Shown in pieces: positions 60,370-64,000 of a DNA stretch of 64,000 nucleotides (position 1 is the stretch's first letter; each line of letters starts with the position of its first letter). The stretch is from Clostridiales bacterium (lineage in GTDB: Bacteria; Bacillota; Dehalobacteriia; UBA7702). The notes beneath the pieces are model-generated. The model was not told where the DNA came from. It saw nothing but the letters and a program-made list of their open reading frames with translations, and searched no databases. The DNA is taken from NCBI GenBank assembly GCA_040766525.1, contig JAXGQI010000003.1:16335-80334 (forward strand), in the 5' to 3' direction. Position numbers and translations under genes: made by a program.

Positions 60370-60442
60370 TGGCTCCGAGCTGGACTCGAACCAGCAACAT
60401 CTCGGTTAACAGCCGAGTGCTCTACCATTGAGCTATCGAGGA
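60370..60442 (-). tRNA. tRNA-Asn (GUU), with an apparently defective acceptor stem
   Basis: Minus strand: TCCTCGA-TA-GCTCAATGGTAGAGC-A-CTCGGCTGTTAACCGAG-ATGTT-GCTGGTTCGAGTCCAGC-TCGGAGCCA. The D, anticodon and T arms are canonical. The 3' acceptor strand reads TCGGA where TCGAGGA is needed. Length is 73 nt including CCA. Confidence 0.75.
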
Positions 60443-60451
60443 TTATTTAAT

Positions 60452-60568
60452 CCTGGCGACGACCTCCTCTCCCGCGGACCGACGTCCGAAGTACCCAAGG
60501 CGCAGGAGAGCTTAACTACTGTGTTCGGGATGGAAACAGGTGTGGCCTCTCCGCTATAGTCACCAGGA
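60452..60568 (-). rRNA. rrf: 5S ribosomal RNA
   Basis: The minus strand reads TCCTGGTGACTATAGCGGAGAGGCCACACCTGTTTCCATCCCGAACACAG...GTCGTCGCCAGG. Confidence 0.92.
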
Positions 60569-60658
60569 AAACTAACTTTATATAAGGTTTTGAGTTCTTT
60601 AAAAATTGTATAGAGAAAGCAGGGATCCAAAATACTTTAGTTTAATCAAAGGCTAAAA

Positions 60659-63744
<3,086 letters not shown>

Positions 63745-63833
63745 TCTTCTTCGCCTTTGATTCTTTCTTTCGAATCCTAAAGCATTTTTTTCTTCTGCTT
63801 TATGTTTCTCTATACAATTTTCAAAGAACTCTT

Positions 63834-63909
63834 TGGTGGAGATGAGCGGAATCGAACCGCTGACCCCCTGCTTGCAAGGCAGGTGCTCTCCCAGCTGAGC
63901 TACACCCCC
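63834..63909 (-). tRNA. tRNA-Ala (UGC) in the 16S-23S spacer
   Basis: Minus strand GGGGGTGTAGCTCAGCTGGGAGAGCACCTGCCTTGCAAGCAGGGGGTCAGCGGTTCGATTCCGCTCATCTCCACCA. G3:U70 is present and the cloverleaf is intact. Confidence 0.92.
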
Positions 63910-63952
63910 GTCATAAACTAGGCCCCGGCTCTTTCCTCCGCGGCCACCTTTT

Positions 63953-64000
63953 TGGTGGGCCTGGATGGACTCGAACCATCGACCTCACGCTTATCAGGCG
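63953..64000 (-). tRNA. tRNA-Ile (GAU), 3' part only (cut by the window edge)
   Basis: The minus strand ends ...CGCCTGATAAGCGTGAGGTCGATGGTTCGAGTCCATCCAGGCCCACCA; anticodon loop CTGATAA. Confidence 0.8.

Overview
This 64-kb chromosomal window looks like an anaerobic Gram-positive (Bacillota/Clostridia-type) genome; that assignment is inferred from gene content only, and I cannot name the organism. The right end carries the 3' part of a minus-strand rRNA operon: partial tRNA-Ile, tRNA-Ala, a 23S gene with a 169-nt insertion, 5S and tRNA-Asn. Many housekeeping units read cleanly: a DEAD-box helicase, a MoxR/VWA pair, MATE-panB-panE, a TGS-uridine-kinase-like protein, an L,D-transpeptidase, a DUF815 ATPase plus LUD protein, panC-folK-folB-folP-HD, rubredoxin-flavodiiron-rubrerythrin, a B12 riboswitch with cobT-cobU-cobC, RNase P RNA, Zn-ribbon/Nif3/TrmK, and two 3-hydroxyacyl-CoA-dehydrogenase paralogues with an MFS transporter. 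By my count 18-19 of about 55 protein-coding loci are broken by frameshifts. These include two ABC-transporter operons, ilvBN, an M29 aminopeptidase, a PAP2 phosphatase, ftsH, a carboxyltransferase, a BCCT transporter, two MttB-family methyltransferases and a sigma54 activator. The indels I resolved by hand are 1-nt deletions in short homopolymers, and the translation between shifts still matches family motifs. Four things deserve a second look. (1) A ~150-nt non-coding element occurs three times between 12 and 21 kb; in two copies it sits between two copies of the local, locus-specific terminator hairpin. (2) An AT-richer sigma54-controlled island (37.6-49.0 kb) combines BCCT, non-Pyl MttB methyltransferases, two-subunit aconitase X, an OCD/mu-crystallin reductase, a racemase-superfamily protein and an EamA transporter. 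I infer a possible anaerobic route for a hydroxyproline-type betaine. (3) The 23S gene carries a stem-bounded insertion just 5' of the helix-69 sequence. (4) The frameshifts follow gene boundaries and also hit ftsH and possibly tRNA-Asn, so they reflect either real indel-driven gene decay or uneven consensus quality. No CRISPR array, transposase, integrase or reverse transcriptase is visible in the window.
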